Source: Paraspadella gotoi (Eukaryota > Animalia > Chaetognatha). From it: a stretch of 13,916 nucleotides of DNA. The position numbers and the translations under genes were made by a program. The stretch covers positions 4,424,576-4,438,491 of the forward strand of contig CM119263.1 in assembly GCA_051294375.1 (NCBI GenBank), written 5' to 3'. Shown here one piece after another: positions 1-9,181 of this stretch (within the stretch, counting starts at the first letter, position 1; each line of letters opens with the position of its first letter). The notes under the pieces are model-generated. The model made no database searches. It was given only the letters and a program-made list of their open reading frames with translations, and was not told the origin of the DNA.

Positions 1-32
<32 letters not shown>
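1..32 (+). repeat. (TC)n microsatellite
   Basis: Direct inspection. Confidence 0.95.
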
Positions 33-34
<2 letters not shown>

Positions 35-730
35 CACAAAAAAAGATGAATTAAATGACAGGCAATTTTTTTTTCTCTTTTTGGTTTTTCTTTTTATTTG
101 TTTATTTATTTTTTTTGCTCAGATAAATTTAGACATTTTGTTCGCTTTTTTTGTGCCGAAAAGACATCGAGTCTTTCAACTTCTTTTTCGTCTTTGAGGC
201 TTCGAGTTCGATTTCCGTCAACATAAATTCATGGGTCCCTCTTTCCGTCCCTCTTTCCGTCCGTCCGAATATCAGTCCGTGGGTCAGTTGATTCATTCAT
301 GCGCACTTTCAGTCCCTCTTCGAATCGTCCGTATGTCCGGATCTTGCCACAATCTCAGTGATTCACCATAAATGGTTCTGGCGAGGCGACTGAAAAAATA
401 GGCCGACCGATCATTTGCTATCTGACTGAATAGACGATTCAACTCCCAACGAAATAACTGACTGACTGAAGCAACCAAACATCTTTGCGCCACGAATCTT
501 TCACGCCAACCACACGCACGCAACGATCTTTGACGCCACTGCCACGCGCGCCAATTTTTTTTTGTTCTTTCTCCGTCGCCATCTTTTGTTTACCTCCCGC
601 GCGCGTTCGACTAAACATCAAAATATTCGTCGGTCGAAATCGTCCCCCGAGTTCCATTTGAGCTTTGTAGCTCCTACTGGCCTTCGCTACTTAAGACATC
701 GCTCCTTCTGGCCATTGCTCCTTTAGGCGT

Positions 731-1210
731 TTTCTTTCCTTTCTTTTTTCTTTCCTTTCATTTCATTTTTTCCCTTTCCTTTCCTTTCTTTTACTTTCCT
801 TTCTGTGCTTTCCTTTCCGTTCCTTTCGTTTCCTATACTTTCTTTTCCTTCCTTTCCTTTCCTTTCCTTTCTTTTCCTTTCCCTTCTGTCCTTTCCTTTC
901 CTTTCCTTTCCTCTCTTTTCCTTTTTTTGCCTCCTTTCCTTTCGTTACCTTTTCTTTCCTCTCTTTTCTTTTCCTTTCCTTTCCTTTCCTTTCCTTTCCT
1001 TTTCTTTCTCTCCTTTCCTTTTCTTTGCCTCCTTTCCTTTCGTTACCTTTTCTTTTCTCTGTTTTCTTTTTCTTTCCTTTCCTTTCCTTTCCTTTCCTTT
1101 CCTTTCCTTTCCTTTCCTTTCTTTTTTTTCCTTTCCTTTGCCTCCTTTGTTTTCCTTTCCTCTCTTTTCCTTCCCTTTCCTTTCCTTTCTTTTCCTTTCC
1201 TCCCTTCCTT
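731..1210 (+). repeat. (TTTCC)n pentanucleotide polypyrimidine tract
   Basis: Direct inspection; higher-order unit tttgcctcctttcctttcgttaccttttct at ~926 and ~1024. Confidence 0.95.
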
Positions 1211-1399
1211 AATTCTGATCCCTCCCTCCCTCACTTTCAGCGCCGTGCTTTTGAATTTAAAGAAAAAAAAATCAAAAATAAATAAATAAAATAAAAATAA
1301 ATAAATAATAAACATCCTTCGCCCCTATTCGCATTTAGGACCATTTTTCATTTTTTAGGGCGATAGAATCCAGAAGGCGGAAATTCGCCCGGGTCAACG

Positions 1400-1400
<1 letters not shown>

Positions 1401-1442
<42 letters not shown>

Positions 1443-1449
1443 TATCGTC
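1401..1449 (+). repeat. (GTC)n microsatellite
   Basis: Direct inspection. Confidence 0.95.
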
Positions 1450-2765
1450 TAAGTGAAATCCGAAGCGAAGGTCGAGAGTTTGAATCCAAGAGAAGACGAC
1501 GAAACAAGATCGAAGTATTGAAGAAAAAAGAACCAAAGGGGGGGGGGCAAGTGATATTTGTTAAAACCTTTTATTAAAAATATTGGTTTAAATTTTGTTG
1601 AGTTCTAGTACAAATGTGTATTAAAATAACGAGATTGTCATCTCCCAAATCCCGCCCGCGGGGCGGCTCTAGGGGGCGGCCCGCAGGGGGCAGATTATTC
1701 AAAGGCGGGAGCAGCAAAATGGGTCATTGAGGGGCGCCCCCTCTGGATTGCCTCAGGGGGCCCGCCCCAGGAGGGGGTTCCCCCTGGGGCGCGCAACATT
1801 TGTGGGTCTATTAGGGGCGCCCTCTAATGATTAGCCCCCTGGGGCCAAAAAAAGTCGCCCGCTGGGGGTAAACCCGCTTAGGGAGGCAAAAAACTGCTCC
1901 CTCCAGGGGCGAGTTAAAGAGAGAGCAAAAGTTTAGATAAGAAATATACTTTCTGAACTATGTATTATAAGTCTGAGAATATGTTTCTCCCTATCTGTTA
2001 CTTCTCTCTTTCTCTCTCGCCTTTTTCTTTTTCTCTCTCGTCATTTTTTTCTCTCTCTCTCTTTTTCTCATTCACATCTTTTCTTTTTTTCTTCTTCTCT
2101 CTCTTTTTTCTCGTCTCTCTATAGGATCTTTTTTTTTCTCTCTCTCTCTGTCTCAAGACTTTGTTTTATGTAATGAATTAAAAATATACACTATTTTTCA
2201 AAATTAATTGTTAACTCATTTCTTCATTTTTTAATCTAAAAAATTTATAGTATTTTGTAATTTTTAACCGCAATTATTTTATTTCAGTTAAAAGATAATA
2301 GAACAAGTTTTAGCAAACCAATGTACGGTAACGTAGCCACAAGAATTTTAGTGGTAAAAAGGCTAATCAGTTATTTGTCTTCTTTTTTTTGGTCTTTTTT
2401 TATCTTTCTTTTTTAATTTTTTTTTTCTTTCTTTTTTGTTAGATAAACATACTGATAACGACTGATAGAGAAGACAATATTTTTTTTTAAAATATTCATA
2501 ATTTGATGTTAAAAAGAAATTAAATAAAGTCACCAAACAAGATAATGGGCAGTGACTGACAGACCTACTTAGGTGAATTATGGAGAAGCCCCCCAGAAAA
2601 AACAATAAAACTTTTCATCAAGTATTAACGAAGTTCTACATCGTAAAATAAATTTTATTTTATTTAAGATTTGTATTAATAATCATCAGTTTTGTAGATT
2701 GCTTTAAGATAAACTCACGTATTTTGTTAAGTACGAGGCTGACGATTTTGAGAGAGAGAGTGAAG

Positions 2766-2837
2766 CAAATTTTTATATCTAGCTCAAATGGCAATACTTT
2801 TCTAAGCCACACAACAAAATTTTAATTCAATGCCATC
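2766..2837 (-). mobile_element. Diverged fragment of the 157-bp core repeat, minus strand
   Basis: Reverse complement gatggcattgaattaaaattttgttgtgtggcttagaaaagtattgccatttgagctagatataaaaatttg resembles gatggatttaatgaaattttgtgtgtggataggtaagtgtgtgattgagctggatattaagtttc at ~12567-12631. Confidence 0.6.
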
Positions 2838-3002
2838 TATTTTAATCACCGAATAATTGAGTTTACAATGCTAATATGGGATGGACTCATCAAAAGACTG
2901 ATATATTAATTAATCAATTAAATATTTTTTAATTAGATTATTTTTATAAGTTGAATTAAAAAATTAAACCATCCCTACTTTTATATTCTATAAAATTAAT
3001 TA

Positions 3003-3060
3003 GATAAAATTTTGTGTGTAGGTAGAAAAATAAAAGTGAGTTTTAGATGAAAAAACAAAA
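3003..3060 (+). mobile_element. Diverged fragment of the 157-bp core repeat, plus strand
   Basis: ataaaattttgtgtgtaggtagaaaa...gtgagttttagatgaaaaaacaaaa resembles ataaaattttgtgtgtgggtaggaaag (13052-13078) and atgagtttaaatggaaaaaaacaaaa. Confidence 0.6.
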
Positions 3061-3164
3061 GTTACTTTTACTTGAACATTATTAAAAAAAATTTTGCACA
3101 CTCTTTTTTCTCTCTTCTTTTTTTTATTGTCTATTGCGGATAAAATTGATTAATTAGCTAATTG

Positions 3165-3702
3165 TTAAGTTCGATTGTTGACCAAATTAATTAATTTGAC
3201 CAAAATTAAAATCCAAGTTGTCCAATTATCTAAGTTGGACCAAATTATGCAAGTTGACAACAATTATGACTGTTGACCTAAAAATGTAAAGAAATTAACC
3301 AATTTTATACGTAGTTTGACCAATTTTGCCAATTTGACAAATCTATGAATTGACCAATATGCAAGTTTGAGACCAAATTATGCGAGTGTGCTTTTAATTA
3401 TGGCAAATTGATTAAATTATGAAAGTTTACAAATATGAAAGTTTACCAAATTATGAAAAGTTTTACCAAATTTTAAAGTTACCAAATTATAAAGTTGTGA
3501 CCAATTATGAAGGTTAACCAAAATTACACAAGTTAATCCTAATTATAAAACTTACCAAAATTATGAAGTTTACCAAATTATAAAAAGTTTACCAAATTTT
3601 AAAAAGTTGAATTAAATTATATCAGTTGACCAATTTATGTCAGTTGACCAAAATTATGTCAATTGAACTAAATTATGCAAGGTGACGCAATTATGCAAGT
3701 TG
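3165..3702 (+). repeat. ~18-bp minisatellite, consensus AAGTTGACCAAATTATGC, roughly 30 degenerate units
   Basis: Recurrent gttgaccaaattatgcaa / gtttaccaaattatgaaa units. Confidence 0.9.
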
Positions 3703-4297
3703 GCTATTGTGGCAGCTATTGTTTCATCTGATTGATTAAATTGAAGTGAAAAATTTATTTTTATTTTTATATTTTATTTATATGAAGGATGAAAATAGAA
3801 AATCAGATACTAGAGAAAGAGAGAGAGTAGGGAAAAGAGACGCAGGAGTCAGAGGCCAGACAGCGCGCGAAAGGAGCACGAGAAGGAGGGTTAGAGAGAG
3901 CCGTTCCAGCAAGGAGAGGTCTCCCCGCCCTAGTGCCGGCCAGGGGCCAGGAGGCGGGGTGGGTAGATTCTTATAGCGGCCGGACCGTGGGCGGGGGAGG
4001 GATTTCACGGGCGGCTAGGATTATTGTTCACGCTAAAAGGGCGCGAGCCTCCCGTGGGGGGACTAGTGCGGTTGGGCCAAAAAAAGGAGGCTAACACAAG
4101 CGGGGCGCGGCCAGGAGGCCGAGAGCCGTAAAGTTTTGTTGGTCTCTCCTGCACTGCCGCCTCGGGCTCGGCCGCGCGGAGCCCGGTCCGTGGGGCCGCC
4201 CCCAGCCCACCGACCGCCCGGGGGACGAGCGATTCGTGAAGGATGACATACTTTGTAAAAATAATTGATAAATATTTGATTATTCTTCGTTTTGTTG

Positions 4298-4415
4298 ATC
4301 GTCGATGTCTTCATCATCGTCGTCGTCGTCATCGTCGTCGTCGTCATCGTCGTGAACGTCGCTGCGTCGTTTCATCGTCGTCGTCTTCATCGTCGTCGTC
4401 GTCGTCGTCGTCGTG
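4298..4415 (+). repeat. Imperfect (GTC/ATC)n microsatellite
   Basis: Direct inspection. Confidence 0.9.
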
Positions 4416-4474
4416 ATCGCCGTTGTGATGGCCGACGATGTCTGGTGCGACCGTCGAAAAAGCAATTTTTCACG

Positions 4475-4477
<3 letters not shown>

Positions 4478-4549
<72 letters not shown>

Positions 4550-4659
4550 AGGAGAGAGAGAGCGAAGGAAGGCAGCATCAAATGGAAAAATGACGAAAGG
4601 ATTCTTTCACACTAAAAATCGCCAACGGAAATAAAAAGATCTACTTTTTGATACTCACC

Positions 4660-4723
<64 letters not shown>

Positions 4724-4730
4724 CTCTCTC
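4478..4730. repeat. (GA)n (4478-4562) and (CT)n (4660-4730) microsatellite pair
   Basis: Direct inspection; mutually complementary tracts about 100 nt apart. Confidence 0.9.
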
Positions 4731-5066
4731 CGTTGTCGCCGACGACGAAATCGATAAAGTGTGACCAAGAATTGGAGAAAAAAGTCTATTAGTTTATAAA
4801 TAACGTATGAGCTAAATATATCCAGGTTTTGACTACAAAACTTTTGGAAATTAAAAAAAGTTGCAAAAAAAGCTGTTTGCAAGAAAATGAGGAATTCTTT
4901 TATATAAACATTTTTTTTGTGTTGATTCATGCCTTAACAAATATAAAAATTGAAGAGCTTTTTATCATTTATTTGAGAAAATATTTTTCCAACTATTATT
5001 ATTTACATCTTATATCGATATAAATTAATTTTTTTAACTTATTTTATAACATGATTCCCTTTCTTT

Positions 5067-5116
<50 letters not shown>

Positions 5117-5139
5117 GCTCTCTCTCTCTCTCCGTCCAG

Positions 5140-5378
5140 TGCGGCCCCCATTATCGCGGACCGCGACTTCCAGTCACAGCAGATTCGCCGCGGGTCCGAA
5201 GCATCAAAACTGACATTGAATCGGGGTGCGTGGATGTTTAGACGGGTAATCGAGGGCGCCTGGGCGGGCCGTTCGAGAGGACTCATGCACATCACGGCGA
5301 GACGCGGAGGCAGTGGCTCACTTGGAGGAAAGATCATTCAGATCCTCAACTGGCGGACGAAGACTCTCTTTCGCGACG
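5140..5378 (+). CDS. FGFRL1: Copy A of the first Ig exon (indel-rich, with about 65-70 extra nt)
   Basis: cag acceptor ending 5139 after (CT)n; gtaag donor at 5379. Colinear with 7608-7775, reads APIIADRDFQSQQI at the 5' end, and has a TGC (Cys) at 5286-5288 before ACATCACGGCGAGA. Confidence 0.6.
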
Positions 5379-5399
5379 GTAAGGATTGGGTAAGGTATT

Positions 5400-5472
5400 G
5401 ATTGAATGAATGAAAGAGATGAATGAATGAATGAATGAATGAAGGAATGAAGGAATGAATAAATGAATGAAT
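5400..5472 (+). repeat. (GAAT)n microsatellite (second copy ~7800-7907)
   Basis: Direct inspection. Confidence 0.9.
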
Positions 5473-5823
5473 CAAGTCCTTTTTTACTTTAATTAATAAA
5501 TAAACAAATCGCCGAACTTAGTAGAACGTTGAAAAAAAACAATTGGTGGATAAAACTAATTAATCAATAGAGCATAAATCGTGATCGCCTAAGCAAAAAT
5601 TTATTGTTGATTCAACCTGAAATGAAAATAAAAACCACATTGTCCTTTTATTCGCCAGAAGAGTAAAATCTATTTGTGCCCGCAAGAATCGAGGCTTTTA
5701 CAATTTTGCTAACCCTTTCTACTCCAACTCCCCTTCCCCTTCCCGCTCCGGCTCCTCTGCCCCTCTTCCGCTCCCCCCATATCGACTCCCCCCTCCCCCC
5801 TCTCCATCTCACCCCCCCCCCAG

Positions 5824-5951
5824 ATTCCGCATCCTCCCCACGGACTCAGATTCGCTCGCGACGCCGGCGTGACGCTGGCGAATACGTCTGCACGAGCGAA
5901 GAATCAACACGGAAGGATCCACGTCACTAAACGCTGCAGGTCTCGCCATTG
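5824..5951 (+). CDS. FGFRL1: Copy A of the second Ig exon
   Basis: cag at 5821-5823, gtgagt at 5952; encodes DAGEYVCT; near-identical to 8261-8390 apart from indels. Confidence 0.7.
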
Positions 5952-6155
5952 GTGAGTTTGGGGGAGGGATGGTTGTGTTTGGTCTATTTGACTCTCTCTC
6001 TTCTCTCTTCTCCTCTTTCTCTCTCTCTCTCTTTCTCTTCTCTTCTCTCTCTCTCTCTTCTTCTCTCTCACTTTCTCTTTGAAGCTTTTTTTTGTTCATT
6101 TGTTTGTCGATTTAGTAATGATGGAAGTGAAGAGAGACAGAGGAGGAGCAGAGAT

Positions 6156-6236
<81 letters not shown>

Positions 6237-6500
6237 GAGAGAGAGAGAGAGAAAGAGAGAGAAGAACAGGAAGCAAATGACATTTTCATTTTGTTGTCAA
6301 CTTTATTCGGTTTGTTGTTTATGAAAATTGTTGGATCCCAAACGCAAATAAATACAAGAGTGTATGCCTTATGATCCCCTTTCTGACCTCGTACACGAGT
6401 CAAAAATGTCCATAATCATTCGATCTAATATCTCCCCACCTTTTTCCTCTCCGACCTGCTTTCTCTCTTTACTTACCTTCCGTCCGCCCAACATCAACAG

Positions 6501-6506
6501 CAGCCG
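6501..6506 (+). CDS. Candidate 6-nt microexon CAGCCG (copy A)
   Basis: Same caacag|CAGCCG|gtaagt context as 8996-9001. Confidence 0.4.
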
Positions 6507-6607
6507 GTAAGTTCACTTTTCTTCTCTCAACTCACTTTTCGATTTTCCGTTTCGCTTTCGAGCGAAAAGAAAAAAACTGATTGAAGTTCCAGTCACGAAG
6601 CTTAGTT

Positions 6608-6660
<53 letters not shown>

Positions 6661-7120
6661 AAGAGAAGAGAAGAGACAGAGACAGAGACAGAGACAGGTC
6701 GCGGTGGGTCGTCAAATTGATGATTCTTCCCTCCGCTATTTTTGTTTTGAACTGACGTTCCATTCCCCCGGAACTCCCCGGTTTTTTCCTCTTCTTCCTC
6801 CTTCCTCTTCCTGCTCCTCCTCCTCTTTTATCCCATCCTCCGTCTCCACGCCCACTGATCGACGCTACGAAGCGATTTTCCTGGCGACAGGGGCGTCCAT
6901 CCTGTAACGAGGTTCTGTCGGACACGTGACCGGGGCTTGCGTCACGAGACTGTGTCATGTCTGTCACGTGACAAAAGGCGTGTATGTCTTGTGAAAGAGT
7001 GTGGTCAGAGTTTGGTCAGAGTTTGGGTCGAGTCTGTTGATGGATTCTGGATGCTTTTACATATATACAGATTAGTTTTTGTGACGCGAGTCTTTTTCAG
7101 TCTCGAGTGGAAATCGTAAA

Positions 7121-7145
7121 NNNNNNNNNNNNNNNNNNNNNNNNN
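7121..7145. other. 25-N assembly gap
   Basis: 25 Ns lying exactly between the two duplicated copies. Confidence 0.99.
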
Positions 7146-7466
7146 CGATAAATGTGACCAAAAGAATTCGGAGAAAAAGTCTATTAGTTTATAAATAACG
7201 TATGAGCTAAATATATCCAGGTTTTTGACTACAAAACTTTTGGAAATTAAAAAAAGTTGCAAAAAAGCTGTTTGCAGAAAATGAGGAATTCTTTTATATT
7301 AAACATTTTTTTTGTGTGATTTCATGCCCTAACAAATATTAAAAATTTTGAAGAGACTATTTTACATTTTTGAGAAAATATTTTTCCAACTATTATTATT
7401 TACATCTTATATATCGATATATAAATTAAATTTTTTTAACTTATTTTATAACATGATTCCCTTTTA

Positions 7467-7505
<39 letters not shown>

Positions 7506-7607
7506 CTCTCTCCCCTCCTCCTGTCCGCATCTCCTTCTGTCCTCTTTCACTTCGTCTCTCTATTACTCTCTCTCTTTCTCCTCTACTCTCTACTCTCTTC
7601 TCACCAG

Positions 7608-7775
7608 GTGCGCCCCCATATCGCGGGGGACCTGCGACTTCCAGTTCCAGCAGAATCGTCGCGAGTGGTCGAAGCATTCAAACTCAGAATTGAACATCAC
7701 GGCGAGACCGGAAGCAGTGCTCACTTGGAGGAAGGATCATCAGATCCTCACTGGGGACAAGACTCTCTTTCCGAG
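7608..7775 (+). CDS. FGFRL1: Exon encoding N-terminal half of an Ig I-set domain (FGFRL1/FGFR-like Ig1), copy B
   Basis: CT-rich tract then cag acceptor (7605-7607); AG|gtaag donor at 7776. The 3' part reads NITARPEAVLTWRKDHQILTGDKTLFPR in one frame, containing the Ig 'P...W.KD' motif. A manual consensus with copy A gives roughly GAPIIADRDFQSQQIVRVGRSIKLECNITARPEAVLTWRKD, comparable to human FGFRL1 Ig1 [40 protein letters not shown] (recalled from memory, not searched). Indel errors break the 5' frame. Confidence 0.7.
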
Positions 7776-8260
7776 GTAAGGATTGGGTAAGGATTTTATG
7801 ATTGAATGAATGAATAATGGATGATGAGATGAATGAATGAATGAATGAATGAATGAATGAATAATGAATGAAGATGAATGAAATGAAGGAATGAATAAAT
7901 AATGAATCAAGTCCTTTTTTACTTTAATATGAATAAATTAAACAAATCGCCGCGAACATTAGAGAACGTTGAAAAAAAAACAATTGTGTGGATAAAAAAC
8001 TAAATTAATCAATAGAGCATAATCGTGATCGCCTAAGCAAAAATTTATTGTTGATTCACCTGAAATGAAAATTAAAAACCACATTGTCCTTTTATTCCCA
8101 GAAGAGTAAATCTATTTGTGCAAATCGAGGCTTTTACAATTTTGCTAACCCTTTCTACTCCAACTCCCCTTCCCCTTCCCGCTCCGGCTCCTCTGCCCCT
8201 CTTCCGCTCCCCCCATTCCGACTCCCCCCTCCCCCCTCTCCATCTCACCCCCCCCCCCAG

Positions 8261-8390
8261 ATTCCGCATCCTCCCCACGGACTAAGATTCGCTCGCGACG
8301 CCGCGCGTGACGCTGGCGAATACGTCTGCACGGCGAAGAATCAACACGGAAGGATCCACGTCAACTACACGCTGCAGTTCCTCGCCATTG
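8261..8390 (+). CDS. FGFRL1: Exon encoding C-terminal half of the Ig I-set domain (FGFRL1/FGFR-like Ig1), copy B
   Basis: C-rich tract then cag acceptor; G|gtgagt donor at 8391 (phase 1). Reads DAGEYVCTAKNQHGRIHVNYTLQ, the DxGxYxC motif. Consensus with copy A is RFRILPHGLKIRSATPRDAGEYVCTAKNQHGRIHVNYTLQVLAI, versus recalled FGFRL1 [42 protein letters not shown]. It joins the previous exon in phase 2 (AG|A = Arg). Confidence 0.8.
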
Positions 8391-8425
8391 GTGAGTTTGG
8401 GGAGGGATGGTTGTGTTGGTCTATT

Positions 8426-8472
<47 letters not shown>

Positions 8473-8585
8473 TTCTCTCTCTTGTCTCTCTCTCTCTTCT
8501 TCTCTCTCTCCCTTCTCTTTGAAGCTTTTTTTTGTTCATTTGTTTGTCGATTTAGTAATGATGGAAGTGAAGAGAGAAAGAGAGA

Positions 8586-8627
<42 letters not shown>

Positions 8628-8698
8628 AGAGAGAGAGAGAGAGAGGAGAGAGACAGAGAGAGAGAGAGAAAGAGAGAGGAGGAGAGAGAGGAGAAGAG

Positions 8699-8750
<52 letters not shown>

Positions 8751-8995
8751 GAGAGAGAGAAACACGAATGACATTTTCATTTTGTTTGTCAACTTTATTC
8801 GGTTTGTTGTTTATGAAAATTGTTGGATCCCAAACGCAAATAAATAACAAGAGTGTATGCCTATTGATTCCCCTTTCTGACCCTTCACCGAGTCAAAAAT
8901 GTCATAATCATTCGATCTAAATATCTCCCCACCTTTTTCCTCCCGACCTGCTTTTCTCTCTTTACTTAACTTCCGTCCCCGCCCAACATCAACAG

Positions 8996-9001
8996 CAGCC
9001 G
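8996..9001 (+). CDS. Candidate 6-nt microexon CAGCCG (copy B)
   Basis: caacag|CAGCCG|gtaagt, preceded by about 100 nt with no AG (8893-8993), a pyrimidine tract and a branch-like ttaac. It preserves frame in the phase-1 intron. Confidence 0.45.
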
Positions 9002-9101
9002 GTAAGTTCACTTTTCTTCTCTCAACTCACTTTTCGATTTTCCGTTTCGCTTTCGACCGCAAAAGAAGAAAAAACTGATTGAAGTTCCAGTCACTGAAGC
9101 T

Positions 9102-9181
<80 letters not shown>

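Larger units (their letters stand above)
1492..4312. repeat. Degenerate fold-back (inverted) structure centred ~2925
   Basis: Nested reverse-complement pairs: 2911-2922/2928-2940, 2878-2884/2969-2975, 2807-2823/3006-3022, 2752-2774/3086-3110, 1636-1683/4192-4248 and 1492-1518/4281-4312. Confidence 0.55.
4752..7120 (+). repeat. Copy A of ~2.4-2.5 kb direct duplication
   Basis: Begins cgataaagtgtgacca and ends tctcgagtggaaatcgtaa; colinear throughout with 7146-9662. Confidence 0.95.

Noticed and set aside
439-657. Minus-strand ORF with AAGATGGCG (MATEKEQKK...)
   Set aside because: Good-looking start context but short, with no recognisable domain or convincing donor; the motif is equally explained as a YY1-type site.
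805-1315. Phe/Ser/Pro/Leu-rich and Lys/Glu/Arg-rich ORFs
   Set aside because: Translations of the (TTTCC)n microsatellite; open in several frames only because the repeat lacks stop codons.
3165-3702. CRISPR-like array
   Set aside because: Units are head-to-tail with no unique spacers, and the context is eukaryotic.
3746-4347. GC-rich ORFs (also the GC-rich block 1650-1910)
   Set aside because: No domain signature or consistent splice sites; they look like arms of the fold-back or low-quality sequence.
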